Assembly (NCBI GenBank): GCA_003144275.1 | Contig: NJBF01000012.1 | Location: 30,001 to 62,000, forward strand | From: Candidatus Heimdallarchaeota archaeon B3_Heim | GTDB taxonomy: Archaea > Asgardarchaeota > Heimdallarchaeia > Hodarchaeales > Hodarchaeaceae | Length of the DNA: 32,000 nt | Direction of reading: 5' to 3' | Part shown: positions 1 through 9,547 of the stretch, one piece after another | Position numbering within the stretch: the first letter of the stretch is position 1 | How the letters are laid out: each line of letters opens with the position of its first letter | The notes under the pieces: generated by a model | The model's database searches: none | What the model was told of the DNA's origin: nothing | What the model saw: only the letters and a program-made list of their open reading frames with translations | Translations under genes and position numbers: made by a program

Positions 1-96
1 ACGGAAGAAGAAGAATCTGAATTCTTTAAAACCAACGCGCCTCGGATGTTTCAAGCAATCACCACATTTAAGGAATTTGTCACATCACTCAAATGA
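1..96 (+). CDS. 3' end of an unidentified CDS entering the window (TEEEESEFFKTNAPRMFQAITTFKEFVTSLK*)
   Basis: Manual translation: frame 1 is open from base 1 to TGA at 94-96. Too short to assign a family. Confidence 0.5.
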   Translation, partial: TEEEESEFFKTNAPRMFQAITTFKEFVTSLK

Positions 97-267
97 GTAG
101 AAAATCTCCATTATTGTCTACAATAGTTGTAGAAAAGCAATGTTTCTTCAAATCTCATGGGAATTATAATGCACGTGGAAAACCTATAACAATTGAGAGG
201 GAGAGTCGTAGTTGATTCAGAAGATGCTATTTTGAACGATTCATAGCCAATCAACTATAAGAAGTAA

Positions 268-1149
268 TTAGATGTCAATTTTAAATACTATTTTGACTAT
301 CATTCCAATTAAGAGACTTAGAACAGCAACACTTATGGTAACTGTTGTGATTTTAGCAAATCTTTGCTTAAAAGGAATAGATTTCGCAATGGAGATGTAG
401 AATGTAAAAATAAATATTATTACAATAGCAGCAAATATACTCACAACTAATGATAGATTTGGGTTTTTTTCGATGAGGAAAAAAGGAGTAATCAGAATAA
501 TAACTGTAAAGATATAAGCTGATCCTGTGTATAATGAAGCTTTGAATGGAGATTTCGTTTCCAGACCTTCCTCAGATGTAGCTAGATATTCTGAGGCCCC
601 CATGGATAAGGAAGCACTTATTCCTGTTATCAAGCCAATAACCGCTATAAGAACTGTATCTTGGAATGCGAGAGTAAAACCTGCTAATGCTCCTGTTAAC
701 TCTACTAATGCATCACTTAAACCAAGCACGATGGATCCTACGTAATTTAACATTTCTTCATCCAGCATTTCGATAAGTTGGTTCTCATGTTTTTCCTCGT
801 CCTTCAACATAGATCCAATTTCTGGAAATTTTTCCATGATTTCTGAATATAATATCTGTGCTTCCCCTTCTCCTCTCTCCATTAACCTAATTCCAAATGT
901 TAATCCAAAAACCCTTAATATAAATGTATAGAGAATAATTTTGAATCTACTAGCTTTAACTTCTTTCTTTGTAATCTTTTTCAATATATGATAATGCTTT
1001 TTCTCCTCTTATGCAATTTCAGATAGAATCTTTGCGTTGTGTTCATTCTTATTTCTCTTTACGAGGTTTCTTTATATAATGTAACCATTAATTTCGTCCT
1101 TTTGTGCACGAAGTAGTATCTTCAATGTTATTATATCGATATGAGACAT
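268..1149 (-). pseudogene. VIT1/CCC1 iron transporter with N-terminal rubrerythrin/ferritin-like domain, interrupted by two in-frame TAA codons (1072-1074, 1009-1011); intact remainder 268-984
   Basis: The 268-984 ORF has VIT1/CCC1 motifs (SIVLGLSDALVELTGALAG, ASLSMGASEYL). The same frame continues upstream to ATG 1149, preceded by an SD-like AGGAGGGG. That extension reads MSHIDIITLKILLRAQKDEINGYII*RNLVKRNKNEHNAKILSEIA*EEKKHYHIL, with ferritin-like E/ExxH motifs. Confidence 0.7.
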
Positions 1150-1276
1150 ATTTACCCCTCCTGTGTATTTTAGAGCTCATATTTTAGCTTTTCGATATTT
1201 TTAGAACCTAAGCTAAAAAATTTAACGATTTCAAAAATGTTGTTGGTTAGTGTTTGATAAGAGGAGGTCATTTATT

Positions 1277-2065
1277 TTGTCTTCGATCGAGCATGAAATT
1301 CTTGCTATAGGAAAAGAACTTAATGTAGCATATACGAAACGAACTACTAGTGAAGGAAACAGACCTTACATTGTTTTCATTCACGGATTCGGATCTTCCA
1401 AAGAATTTTTTAGATTTGCTTTCCATGATCCATCACTCAAAGACTTTTCTTTAATATCTTTAGATCTCATCGGTTTTGGTAATAGTACCAAACATGAGAA
1501 ATTCAGTTACGAAATGTCTAATCAATCGGCAATAATGATTCAAGTGTTAAATCAACTAGATGTAGGTTCTTTTCATTTATGTGCCCATTCCATGGGGGGA
1601 TTGGTAGCGATGGAGATGATTGACCAATCACCCCCTCAAGTCCTTTCTTTCACCAATTTAGAAGGTAATCTCACTCTTGATGATTGTTTTGTTACGGGAA
1701 AAATACTTGATTATCCTTTTGATGTTTTTTTAGCTTCAGGGAGAACTGAATTTGAACAAAGTCTGAAGGATTTCCCTTCCTATTTACGAGAATTTCAAAA
1801 AGCTTCATCAATAGCTCTTCACAGAAGTGCTGCCGACACAGTTAAGTTATCAAGTAATTCTCGCCTATTAGAAGATTTTAGTAATATATCAATAAAAAAG
1901 TGTTATATTTATGGAGAAATAAATAAAGGTAAGTTCCCTGTTGAACAAACTCTTATTGACAATGGAGTACCCGTATTTTATATATCTGAAAGTGATCATG
2001 AAATGGCCGAACAAAATCCTTCCCATCTCTATTCAACCATTAATGAATTTTTAGCTACTAAATGA
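1277..2065 (+). CDS. alpha/beta hydrolase fold protein
   Basis: HGFGSS oxyanion motif, DLIGFG, nucleophile elbow AHSMGG and C-terminal catalytic His (SDHEM). Start moved from GTG 1250 to in-frame TTG 1277 because SD GAGGAGGT lies at 1261-1268. Confidence 0.85.
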   Translation: MSSIEHEILAIGKELNVAYTKRTTSEGNRPYIVFIHGFGSSKEFFRFAFHDPSLKDFSLISLDLIGFGNSTKHEKFSYEMSNQSAIMIQVLNQLDVGSFHLCAHSMGGLVAMEMIDQSPPQVLSFTNLEGNLTLDDCFVTGKILDYPFDVFLASGRTEFEQSLKDFPSYLREFQKASSIALHRSAADTVKLSSNSRLLEDFSNISIKKCYIYGEINKGKFPVEQTLIDNGVPVFYISESDHEMAEQNPSHLYSTINEFLATK

Positions 2066-2100
2066 ACTGTTTTGTTAACAAATTAAGGAGTCTGAGATTA

Positions 2101-3066
2101 ATGACAAGAATTCTGAAACTGAATGAAATCAAGAAAATACTTGAGGGAATTGATCCGATCAAGATAATAGAGGAAGGATTTATTGCATATTCACAAGGAA
2201 AGGTCGTTGTGCCTCCAATCGGGGAAATGATATTTGATGATCCAAAACATCCTGGAGATTGTCATATAAAATATGGATTCATTAAAAACGATGAATATTA
2301 TGTAGTTAAAATCGCTCAGGGGTTTTATAACAATCCGAAAGTTGGATTACCTTCAACTAATGGCCTTAATATCCTATTTAATCAAAAAAATGGTGCCATT
2401 GAATGCATTTTACTTGATGAAGGATATCTAACTGATGTTAGAACTGCTAGTGCTGGAGCGATTGCTGCAAAGTATATGGCTCCGAAGAATGTGAACCGCA
2501 TTGGGATATTTGGTACAGGTTTACAAGGGAAGATGCAATTGCAATTTCTAAAATCAGTCGTTGATTGCCGAAAAGCAAGTATATGGGGAAGAGGCAAGGA
2601 GCAATTAAAGAAGTATCAAGATGATATGGCATCATCTGAATTCGAAATTGAGACCACTATGAATTCAAACGACATTACCAATTCATGTAATCTCATTGTG
2701 ACATGTACACCCTCTAAACTCCCTTTGATAAATGCAGATCAAGTTCTCAAAGGTATGCACATAACAGCTATGGGATCCGATACCTCAGAAAAGCAAGAAT
2801 TGGAGTCCAAGATTTTACAGAAGTCTGATCGAGTAGTTGTCGATAGTCTCTCTCAAGCTGGAACTCGTGGTGAATGTTTTCACGCGATAAGAAATGGGGA
2901 TATCAAAAAAGACAGAATAATTGAGCTTGGGAATATGATTACAGATAAAAATTTCCAACGAGCTAATGATGACGAAATTACGATTGTAGATCTCACAGGA
3001 GTAGCAGTTCAAGATATTCAAATTTCCAAAGCAGTCTATGAAGGATATTTATCTCTAAACAAGTAA
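2101..3066 (+). CDS. ornithine cyclodeaminase / mu-crystallin family protein
   Basis: LTDVRTASAGAIAAKY, Rossmann GIFGTGLQG, TAMGSD and DLTGVAVQD motifs. ATG 2101 follows AAGGAG; the ORF track starts at 2062. Confidence 0.9.
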   Translation: MTRILKLNEIKKILEGIDPIKIIEEGFIAYSQGKVVVPPIGEMIFDDPKHPGDCHIKYGFIKNDEYYVVKIAQGFYNNPKVGLPSTNGLNILFNQKNGAIECILLDEGYLTDVRTASAGAIAAKYMAPKNVNRIGIFGTGLQGKMQLQFLKSVVDCRKASIWGRGKEQLKKYQDDMASSEFEIETTMNSNDITNSCNLIVTCTPSKLPLINADQVLKGMHITAMGSDTSEKQELESKILQKSDRVVVDSLSQAGTRGECFHAIRNGDIKKDRIIELGNMITDKNFQRANDDEITIVDLTGVAVQDIQISKAVYEGYLSLNK

Positions 3067-3085
3067 TTAACTTGGAGTTAATAAA

Positions 3086-4198
3086 ATGAAAATTGAAACA
3101 TTCGAATTAGAAAGAAGACAATCTGTTTGGGAGAATCGAGTCAAGTTTAATCTAACAGAAAGTGGTGTTCATCCTTACAATTTGACAGAAATTTTGAGTA
3201 AAGAGGAGATAGAAGACTTTCTTTCAATGAGGATTGGATATGGTCAAACCAATGGCTCAGATGAATTGCGTGAAACGATCAGTTGCATTTATCCAGGGTC
3301 AGACCTTGATAATGTATTGGTTACAAATGGGTCATCCGAGGCAAATTTTGTTACGATTTGGAGTTTGTTAGAACCTGGGGATGAGTTAATCTTAATGCTC
3401 CCTAATTATATGCAAATCTGGGGAATTGCACGATCGTTTGGAATTAAGGTTCGGCCATTCCACCTAAAAGAAGAGCTAAATTGGCAGCCAGATATGGTAG
3501 AAGTACGATCTTTGATTTCTCCAAAAACAAAGATGATTGCAGTTTGCAATCCTAATAATCCAACTGGAGCCGTATTAAGTGAAAAAGCAATGGAAGAGCT
3601 GATTACTTTTGCCAAAGAGTCAGATGCTTGGTTGTATGCCGATGAAGTTTATAGAGGTGCGGAATTAGATGGTGAAGAATCGCCTACTTTTTGGGGTCGT
3701 TATAATAAATCCATCATAGCGTGTGGCCTTTCTAAATCTTATGCTCTTCCTGGATTAAGGATTGGTTGGCTAGTAGGCCCGAAGTCTTTTATTGAGAAGG
3801 CGTGGTCTTATCATGATTATACATCAATAGCCTCTGGATACCTTAGTAATTGGATAGCTACTAAAGCTCTGCAACCTGAAATGCGAATGAAAATACTAAC
3901 TCGGAATAGGGACATGTTAAAGGAGAATTTACTAGTTTTACAAAAATGGGTGGATGATCGAGAAGACAAATTTGTCTTTATTCCCCCTCGAGCAGGAGGG
4001 CTGGCATTCTTGCGCTATAAGTTCTCTATAAACTCCACGAAGCTAACCACGAAACTTCGTGAAGAAAAAAGCTGTTTCATAGTAGCTGGGGATTGTTTCG
4101 GAATGGATGGTTATATACGAATCGGAATCGGTTCTGAAAAGGAGTATTTTATTGCAGGTCTTGAATTATTAAGTGAAATGATAGATGAGCTCACTTGA
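3086..4198 (+). CDS. PLP-dependent aminotransferase class I/II
   Basis: VTNGSSEAN, NPNNPTG, ADEVY and PLP-lysine motif GLSKSYALPGLRIGW; C-terminal YIRIG. GGAG upstream of ATG. Confidence 0.92.
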   Translation: MKIETFELERRQSVWENRVKFNLTESGVHPYNLTEILSKEEIEDFLSMRIGYGQTNGSDELRETISCIYPGSDLDNVLVTNGSSEANFVTIWSLLEPGDELILMLPNYMQIWGIARSFGIKVRPFHLKEELNWQPDMVEVRSLISPKTKMIAVCNPNNPTGAVLSEKAMEELITFAKESDAWLYADEVYRGAELDGEESPTFWGRYNKSIIACGLSKSYALPGLRIGWLVGPKSFIEKAWSYHDYTSIASGYLSNWIATKALQPEMRMKILTRNRDMLKENLLVLQKWVDDREDKFVFIPPRAGGLAFLRYKFSINSTKLTTKLREEKSCFIVAGDCFGMDGYIRIGIGSEKEYFIAGLELLSEMIDELT

Positions 4199-4199
4199 G

Positions 4200-4225
4200 A
4201 AAAAAAAACTAGCCCTTGCGACTAT
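4200..4225 (-). terminator. putative terminator: short hairpin with GCAAG loop followed by T9 on the minus strand, between convergent genes
   Basis: Minus strand reads ATAGTCGCAAGGGCTAGTTTTTTTTT, downstream of the 4280-5371 gene. Confidence 0.5.
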
Positions 4226-4279
4226 AAACTCTTCTAAATTTGGGTATTGAAAAGTAGGGGTTAATTAAACCTTAAAAAC

Positions 4280-5371
4280 TCACGTTTCATCGAGAATGTC
4301 TCTGGAAACTTTTGTTAGTGATACACACCCTGTCATTAACATGGCTTTTGCCAGAGTTTTTTGTAGAAAGTCCATTTGAAGACGGACACCTTCACTTCCT
4401 CCACCAACTGCAGCTCGAACAATATCTCTACCTATAAGAACTGCATCAGCCCCTAAAGCCAGCATCTTCAATACATCATAACCTGTTCTGACACCACCAT
4501 CAGCTACGATCATTGCACCTGTGCTCTTAAGTGCAGTAACAATCTCTGGCAATACATCGGCAGTTCCAGGAGTATGATCAAGAACACGACCTCCGTGATT
4601 TGATACAACTATTGCTTTTGCTCCCGCATCAACTGCATCTACCGCATCTTCCACACACATTACTCCTTTAATAATCACAGGCAAAGAGGTCGAATTCACC
4701 AGATCGGTAATTTCTTCAGGAGTTTTCCGAAACACTGGTTTATTATTCGTACGCATGGCATAACTACCAGCTCCATCTGTATCAACTCCAACTGCTGTGG
4801 TTCCACATAATTCTGCCTTATTAAAAAATTGTTTTATTATGGTCTGTTCTCGGGGTTTAACAATCTTCACACCACCAGCATTCCCTTCTGCTATCGCATC
4901 AAGACCATAAGATTTTTCTAATGAGTAGGTAAATGTATCTCCACGCCATCCAATTGTTCCCGCATCTCGACAACCGTTGATTACTGCATGACAAAATTCT
5001 CTCTCTGTGATGACTGAATCACCCCCAAATGAATTTACTCCTGAGACCGAAGCAGACATAATTGGCATCGAAATATCTTTACCAAAGAAATTAAATCGTG
5101 TATCGGGTTCTGAAAGGGCGATCTGATCGCTATCTATAAGTTTCATCTTGAGATTAAGTTTACGGAGTGCTAACCAATTATTATGAAATGAAGCTCCGCT
5201 ACCAATACCACCAAACCCTAACCGTCTACCATAATGCTGACCTTGACAAAATCGGGTTGGTCCACCATCACAGTCTTTATAGACCATACAAAATTGAGCT
5301 GCCTTTAATTTTTCTCTGGCTTTATTACGAACATCTTCTAAAGTCATTTCATTCGTCGTCATATTTATCAC
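4280..5371 (-). CDS. FMN-dependent alpha-hydroxy-acid oxidase/dehydrogenase family protein
   Basis: PVIIKGV, VVSNHGGRVLD and ADGGVRTGYDVLKMLALGADAVLIGR motifs; Cys-containing N-terminus (CMVYKDCDGGPTRFCQG). Start could be a downstream ATG. Confidence 0.9.
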   Translation of the reverse strand: MINMTTNEMTLEDVRNKAREKLKAAQFCMVYKDCDGGPTRFCQGQHYGRRLGFGGIGSGASFHNNWLALRKLNLKMKLIDSDQIALSEPDTRFNFFGKDISMPIMSASVSGVNSFGGDSVITEREFCHAVINGCRDAGTIGWRGDTFTYSLEKSYGLDAIAEGNAGGVKIVKPREQTIIKQFFNKAELCGTTAVGVDTDGAGSYAMRTNNKPVFRKTPEEITDLVNSTSLPVIIKGVMCVEDAVDAVDAGAKAIVVSNHGGRVLDHTPGTADVLPEIVTALKSTGAMIVADGGVRTGYDVLKMLALGADAVLIGRDIVRAAVGGGSEGVRLQMDFLQKTLAKAMLMTGCVSLTKVSRDILDET

Positions 5372-5400
5372 GGAGTTTATATCGCATTAAATAATTTTTT

Positions 5401-6261
5401 TTAACGGAAAGAGTTTATCAAAGTTTTTAACTTCTCTTTTGATAAGTCACGTTCCCATAGGGGACGAGAATCATTTTTGTAAATTTGTATGTTATCTTCG
5501 TAAGTAGGTCGTTCATTGATATAAAATACACCAAGAGGAAGTTTACTTCGTTCTAAGGCTCTTCCAATTGCTTCTTTTTGATCAAATGGTGTGTAGGAAT
5601 CTTCAAGATAGTAGGTATTTTCTCTATACCATTGATATGTATTTATTCGGTTGAAACTTACACATGGACTGAACAAATCAATGAAAGCGTACCCTTTGTG
5701 GGCTATTGCTTTCTTCAGAATCTCTTTTGTCTGTTCTGCATGTCCTACAAATGCTCTGGCCACAAATGATGCATTTTGTGCAATTGCCACGGCAATAGGA
5801 TTGAAAGGGGTATTGTACACACCTAGTGTCTGAACTCCCGTCTTCACCCCAATTTCACTAGTTGGTGATGCTTGCCCTTTGGTTAAACCATATACGGCAT
5901 TATCATGAACAATATTGACAATAGAAGGATTGTACCTCATTGTGTGTAAAAAGTGATTACCTCCTTCACTATATGTACACCCATCTCCAGAGATAGCAAA
6001 CACTGAAAGTTCTGGATTTGAAGCTTTAATTGCCAAAGCATTTGAGAGATAACGGCCATGTAATCCATTGATCATGTTCCCCTCAATGAAATGACTAAAC
6101 TTCCCCGCTTGACCAATCCCAGTAACTATCACTGCATTGTTGGGAGTAATATTAAGATCAGTTAAGGTCTCTTTTAGAATTTTCAAGGCAGGATAATTAC
6201 CACATCCGGGACACCAGTGTACTTCTACCTCTCTATCAAAATCTGAAGAATTTACCATCAT
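5401..6261 (-). CDS. 2-oxoacid:ferredoxin oxidoreductase beta subunit
   Basis: WCPGCG, GIGQAG, LHGR, ThDP motif GDG...N (SGDGCTYSEGGNH...HDNAVYGLTKGQASPT) and SPCVSFN. Overlaps the alpha-subunit stop. Confidence 0.95.
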   Translation of the reverse strand: MMVNSSDFDREVEVHWCPGCGNYPALKILKETLTDLNITPNNAVIVTGIGQAGKFSHFIEGNMINGLHGRYLSNALAIKASNPELSVFAISGDGCTYSEGGNHFLHTMRYNPSIVNIVHDNAVYGLTKGQASPTSEIGVKTGVQTLGVYNTPFNPIAVAIAQNASFVARAFVGHAEQTKEILKKAIAHKGYAFIDLFSPCVSFNRINTYQWYRENTYYLEDSYTPFDQKEAIGRALERSKLPLGVFYINERPTYEDNIQIYKNDSRPLWERDLSKEKLKTLINSFR

Positions 6262-7988
6262 TTCAACTCCTTTTCTAACTCTTTTACCAACTCTTCAATT
6301 GAAAAAGGATAACCCGTATATTTGAGGACTTTCCTGGTCATTTTAATTCCAAATTCTAAATATAATTGCTGTGCAAACTGTCCTGTAGCATTATTTTCTA
6401 CCATGACTATCTTTTTTGCTTTTTTCAAGTAGTCACTTGTTGATCTATGAATGGGATAAACTTGGGAAAAGTGAAGATAGGATAATGAATGCCCTTTTTT
6501 TCCTAATTCTGTAATCGCACCTTTGACGTTATGAAAAGTACTTCCCCAACTGATTACTAAAACCTCATCCTCAGAATTACCAAGGAAATTTGGTTTAATC
6601 GCTACTTCTTTTAACTGTTGAAGTTTTTTAAACATTTTATCAACCATGTTTTTCCTGATAACAGGATCCTCGGTTATTTGTGAGTTTTGTGTATGAGTAT
6701 GGCTATCTACTCGAATAAAACCTTCACCTCTCCCAGGAATCCCCCGTGGAGAAATTCCATCCTCAGTGAATTGATAACGTTGGTAACCTGACTGAGTCTC
6801 GATAAGATGTTTTTCTACTATTGTATTTTCATAATCCAGTGAAGGAAGATTATAACTTGTGTTAATGAAATAATGATCCGTTAGTATGATAACGGGGACC
6901 TGATATTTGGCTGCAATATTAAATGCTTGTTGGGTCATTAAAAAAGCTTCTTTAAGAGTACCAGGCGCATAAATCACTCTAGGAAAATCTCCATGTCCCG
7001 AATAAAGTACAAGTTCCAAATCACCTTGCTCTGTTCTCGTGGGCATTCCAGTTGCAGGGCCAGGACGCTGACCGAGATGTATGATTAAAGGCATCTCTGT
7101 TACTCCAGCTAGGGATAATCCCTCTGTCATTAAGGCAAAACCGCCCCCTGATGTGGTTACTAATGCTCTTGCACCCGCATACCATGCCCCAAAAGCTTTG
7201 TTTATGGCACTGATTTCATCTTCTGTTTGATCAGAAACGATTCCAAATTTCAAACGATTTCTTGCTAAGAAGGCTCCAACACCCGTACTCGGAGCCATTG
7301 GATAGAAAATGACATAATTACATCCTCCAGCAATTGCGCCTAAAGCTACCGCATCCCGACCAGAAAGATATAGTTCTGAACTTACAGAAGGCTGATTAAT
7401 GAGACTAGGTAAAGGTGGTAACTGATTACTTGACATTATTTCATCAGCAAGATCACAACCTCGTTTTACTGCCTCTATATTATTATTAACAATCTTCTCT
7501 CCCTTTGATTGAAAACGATCGGCCATTAATCCAGCAATTAGCTGACGATCAGTCTGTAATAATCCTGCAAGAACACCGACAGCAACGCTATTTGAGTATA
7601 CACGATGACCAATTTCTTCAGCTACTGCCTCATAGTTGACATCCACCAGAATACAGGATTGAGCATCAGAATTACTCTCAAACAGCTTTTTATTTCCAAT
7701 AATACAGCTAATTGACGATAATCGATTTTTTACATGAGAAACCGCCTCTCGAGTAAACGGCACAAGAATGTCAATTTTTTCACAATAGGATTGAACTCTA
7801 TTTGTAGATACACGAATAGTTGTAGAATTTGTACCTCCTCGAACCCGAGACATGAACTCTTGCGTTGAGAAAACGTGAAATCCAGATTTTTTTAAGGCAC
7901 TGGTAAGAAGAGTTTCAACCGTGGCAATGCCTTGTCCAGCAGCACCGCACAGAACAATCGAAATCGAATCACTGAATTCAATAGCCAT
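6258..7988 (-). CDS. 2-oxoacid:ferredoxin oxidoreductase alpha subunit (with fused gamma-type N-terminal domain)
   Basis: GAAGQGI, SRVRGG, YPMAPST, EDEISA, TSGGGFALMTEG, QRPGPATGMPT and SWGST motifs. Substrate specificity is not determinable from sequence. Confidence 0.95.
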   Translation of the reverse strand: MAIEFSDSISIVLCGAAGQGIATVETLLTSALKKSGFHVFSTQEFMSRVRGGTNSTTIRVSTNRVQSYCEKIDILVPFTREAVSHVKNRLSSISCIIGNKKLFESNSDAQSCILVDVNYEAVAEEIGHRVYSNSVAVGVLAGLLQTDRQLIAGLMADRFQSKGEKIVNNNIEAVKRGCDLADEIMSSNQLPPLPSLINQPSVSSELYLSGRDAVALGAIAGGCNYVIFYPMAPSTGVGAFLARNRLKFGIVSDQTEDEISAINKAFGAWYAGARALVTTSGGGFALMTEGLSLAGVTEMPLIIHLGQRPGPATGMPTRTEQGDLELVLYSGHGDFPRVIYAPGTLKEAFLMTQQAFNIAAKYQVPVIILTDHYFINTSYNLPSLDYENTIVEKHLIETQSGYQRYQFTEDGISPRGIPGRGEGFIRVDSHTHTQNSQITEDPVIRKNMVDKMFKKLQQLKEVAIKPNFLGNSEDEVLVISWGSTFHNVKGAITELGKKGHSLSYLHFSQVYPIHRSTSDYLKKAKKIVMVENNATGQFAQQLYLEFGIKMTRKVLKYTGYPFSIEELVKELEKELK

Positions 7989-8060
7989 TTTCTATTACTC
8001 ACATCCTCAGAAAACTACTTCCAGCCGAAAATTAAATGACTGTTAGGAGGTAAGGCTTGT

Positions 8061-8081
8061 AATAGTCACCTTGCGACTATT
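8061..8081. repeat. inverted repeat AATAGTC-ACCTTGC-GACTATT between the aldehyde dehydrogenase and OFOR-alpha genes
   Basis: Perfect 7-bp arms, extendable to a 9-bp RNA stem with one G-U pair on the minus strand. Shares the 12-mer CCTTGCGACTAT with 4214-4225. Confidence 0.6.
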
Positions 8082-8146
8082 TTATTTGTCTAACTACATT
8101 TTGTTGTGAGTTGCAGTACGATAAAAAATAGGAAGAAACGTGAAAT

Positions 8147-9514
8147 TTAGCGTATGTAGATAGTTTTCACATTAGTAAATTCTCGTATTCCATAGTAGGA
8201 TAATTCTCTTCCGTAACCTGATTCCTTTATTCCCCCAAAAGGCAATCGTGGATCGGAGCGTACATAAGCATTAACAAAACAGGCTCCTGCTTCTAATTCT
8301 TGAGTAGCTATCCGTTCTCCTTTCTTAAGATCTTCAGTAAATACTGCAGCCCCTAATCCAAACACTGTATCATTTGCTACTCGTTTTGCTTCAGCTTCAT
8401 CCTTTACAGGAATAATTGCAGCTACAGGGCCAAACAGCTCTTCATCGTATGCAGGCATTCCCTTCCTAACATCGCTTAACACTGTTGGTGGATAAAAAGC
8501 TCCTTTATCATCAGGAATCTCCGCCCCTAATAACACTTTTGCTCCTTTTGCGATACTATTCTGAACTTGTTCATGAAGCTCATCACGAAGATCATGTCGT
8601 GCTTGTGGACCAACAGAAACATTTTCACGTAGAGGATCTCCCATTTTACGGTTTTTCATGTTATAAACATATAACTCTTCAAACTTCTTTAGCTGAGACT
8701 CAACAACAATAAATCTCTTTGCAGCTATGCAGCTTTGGCCTGAATTAATCATCCGACTAGAGACACAAGTAAGAACTGTTTCTTCAATGTTTGCATCTTC
8801 AAGGATAACATATGGATCACTTCCTCCCAACTCTAATAGCGAACGTTTCAACATTCCACCTGCTTTTGAGGCTACGGCTCTTCCCGCAAATCCACTCCCA
8901 GTTAACGTAACTGCTTTAATAATTGGATTTTCAATTATAGCGTTTACTTTGCGGCTTCCCACTAGTAGTGTTCGGAAAATATTTTTTGGAAACCCTGCTT
9001 GATGGAAGACTTCCTCTATCGCTAGAGCACTTCCCGGTACATTACTAGCATGTTTCAATACTCCACCATTTCCAGCCATTAAGGTGGGTGCAATAAATCG
9101 AAGAGCCTGCCAGAAAGGGAAATTCCAAGGCATGACAGCCAGGATAATACCTAGAGGTTGGTATGAGATAAAACTCTTTGACGCATCAGTTTCTATTATT
9201 TCAGATTTTAACTGATTTTCTGCCTCCTCTGCATAATACTCACACACCCAAGCACATTTCTCAATCTCTGCACGGCCATCAACAATGGGTTTTCCCATCT
9301 CGAGAGCCATAATTTTAGCATATCTATCCTTATTCTCACGAAGAACTTTTGCTGCATTGAACATCAATTTCTTTCTATGTTCAAAACTTGTCTTTCTCCA
9401 ACGTAAATATTCCTCTTGTACACTCTCAAGAATATCCTTAACCTCTATTTCAGTCATTTCCGGATACTCGCTTACAACTTCATTATTGAACGGGTTTATC
9501 ACTTTTAGCGTCAT
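8147..9514 (-). CDS. NAD(P)-dependent succinate-semialdehyde dehydrogenase-like aldehyde dehydrogenase (GabD1/Sad type)
   Basis: VMPWNFPFWQ, LKHAS, LTGS, catalytic LELGGSD, catalytic Cys in GQSCIAAKR, EELFGP and PFGGIKESGYGRELS. AGGA upstream of ATG. Confidence 0.9.
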   Translation of the reverse strand: MTLKVINPFNNEVVSEYPEMTEIEVKDILESVQEEYLRWRKTSFEHRKKLMFNAAKVLRENKDRYAKIMALEMGKPIVDGRAEIEKCAWVCEYYAEEAENQLKSEIIETDASKSFISYQPLGIILAVMPWNFPFWQALRFIAPTLMAGNGGVLKHASNVPGSALAIEEVFHQAGFPKNIFRTLLVGSRKVNAIIENPIIKAVTLTGSGFAGRAVASKAGGMLKRSLLELGGSDPYVILEDANIEETVLTCVSSRMINSGQSCIAAKRFIVVESQLKKFEELYVYNMKNRKMGDPLRENVSVGPQARHDLRDELHEQVQNSIAKGAKVLLGAEIPDDKGAFYPPTVLSDVRKGMPAYDEELFGPVAAIIPVKDEAEAKRVANDTVFGLGAAVFTEDLKKGERIATQELEAGACFVNAYVRSDPRLPFGGIKESGYGRELSYYGIREFTNVKTIYIR

Positions 9515-9547
9515 ATTTATTCCTTTCCTGTCATTTTTAAACCATTA

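Noticed and set aside
985-1149. TAA recoding (alternative genetic code) as the explanation of the two in-frame stops
   Set aside because: TAA terminates many intact genes in this window (e.g. 268-984, 2101-3066, 25577-27019), and I noticed no other gene with internal TAA.
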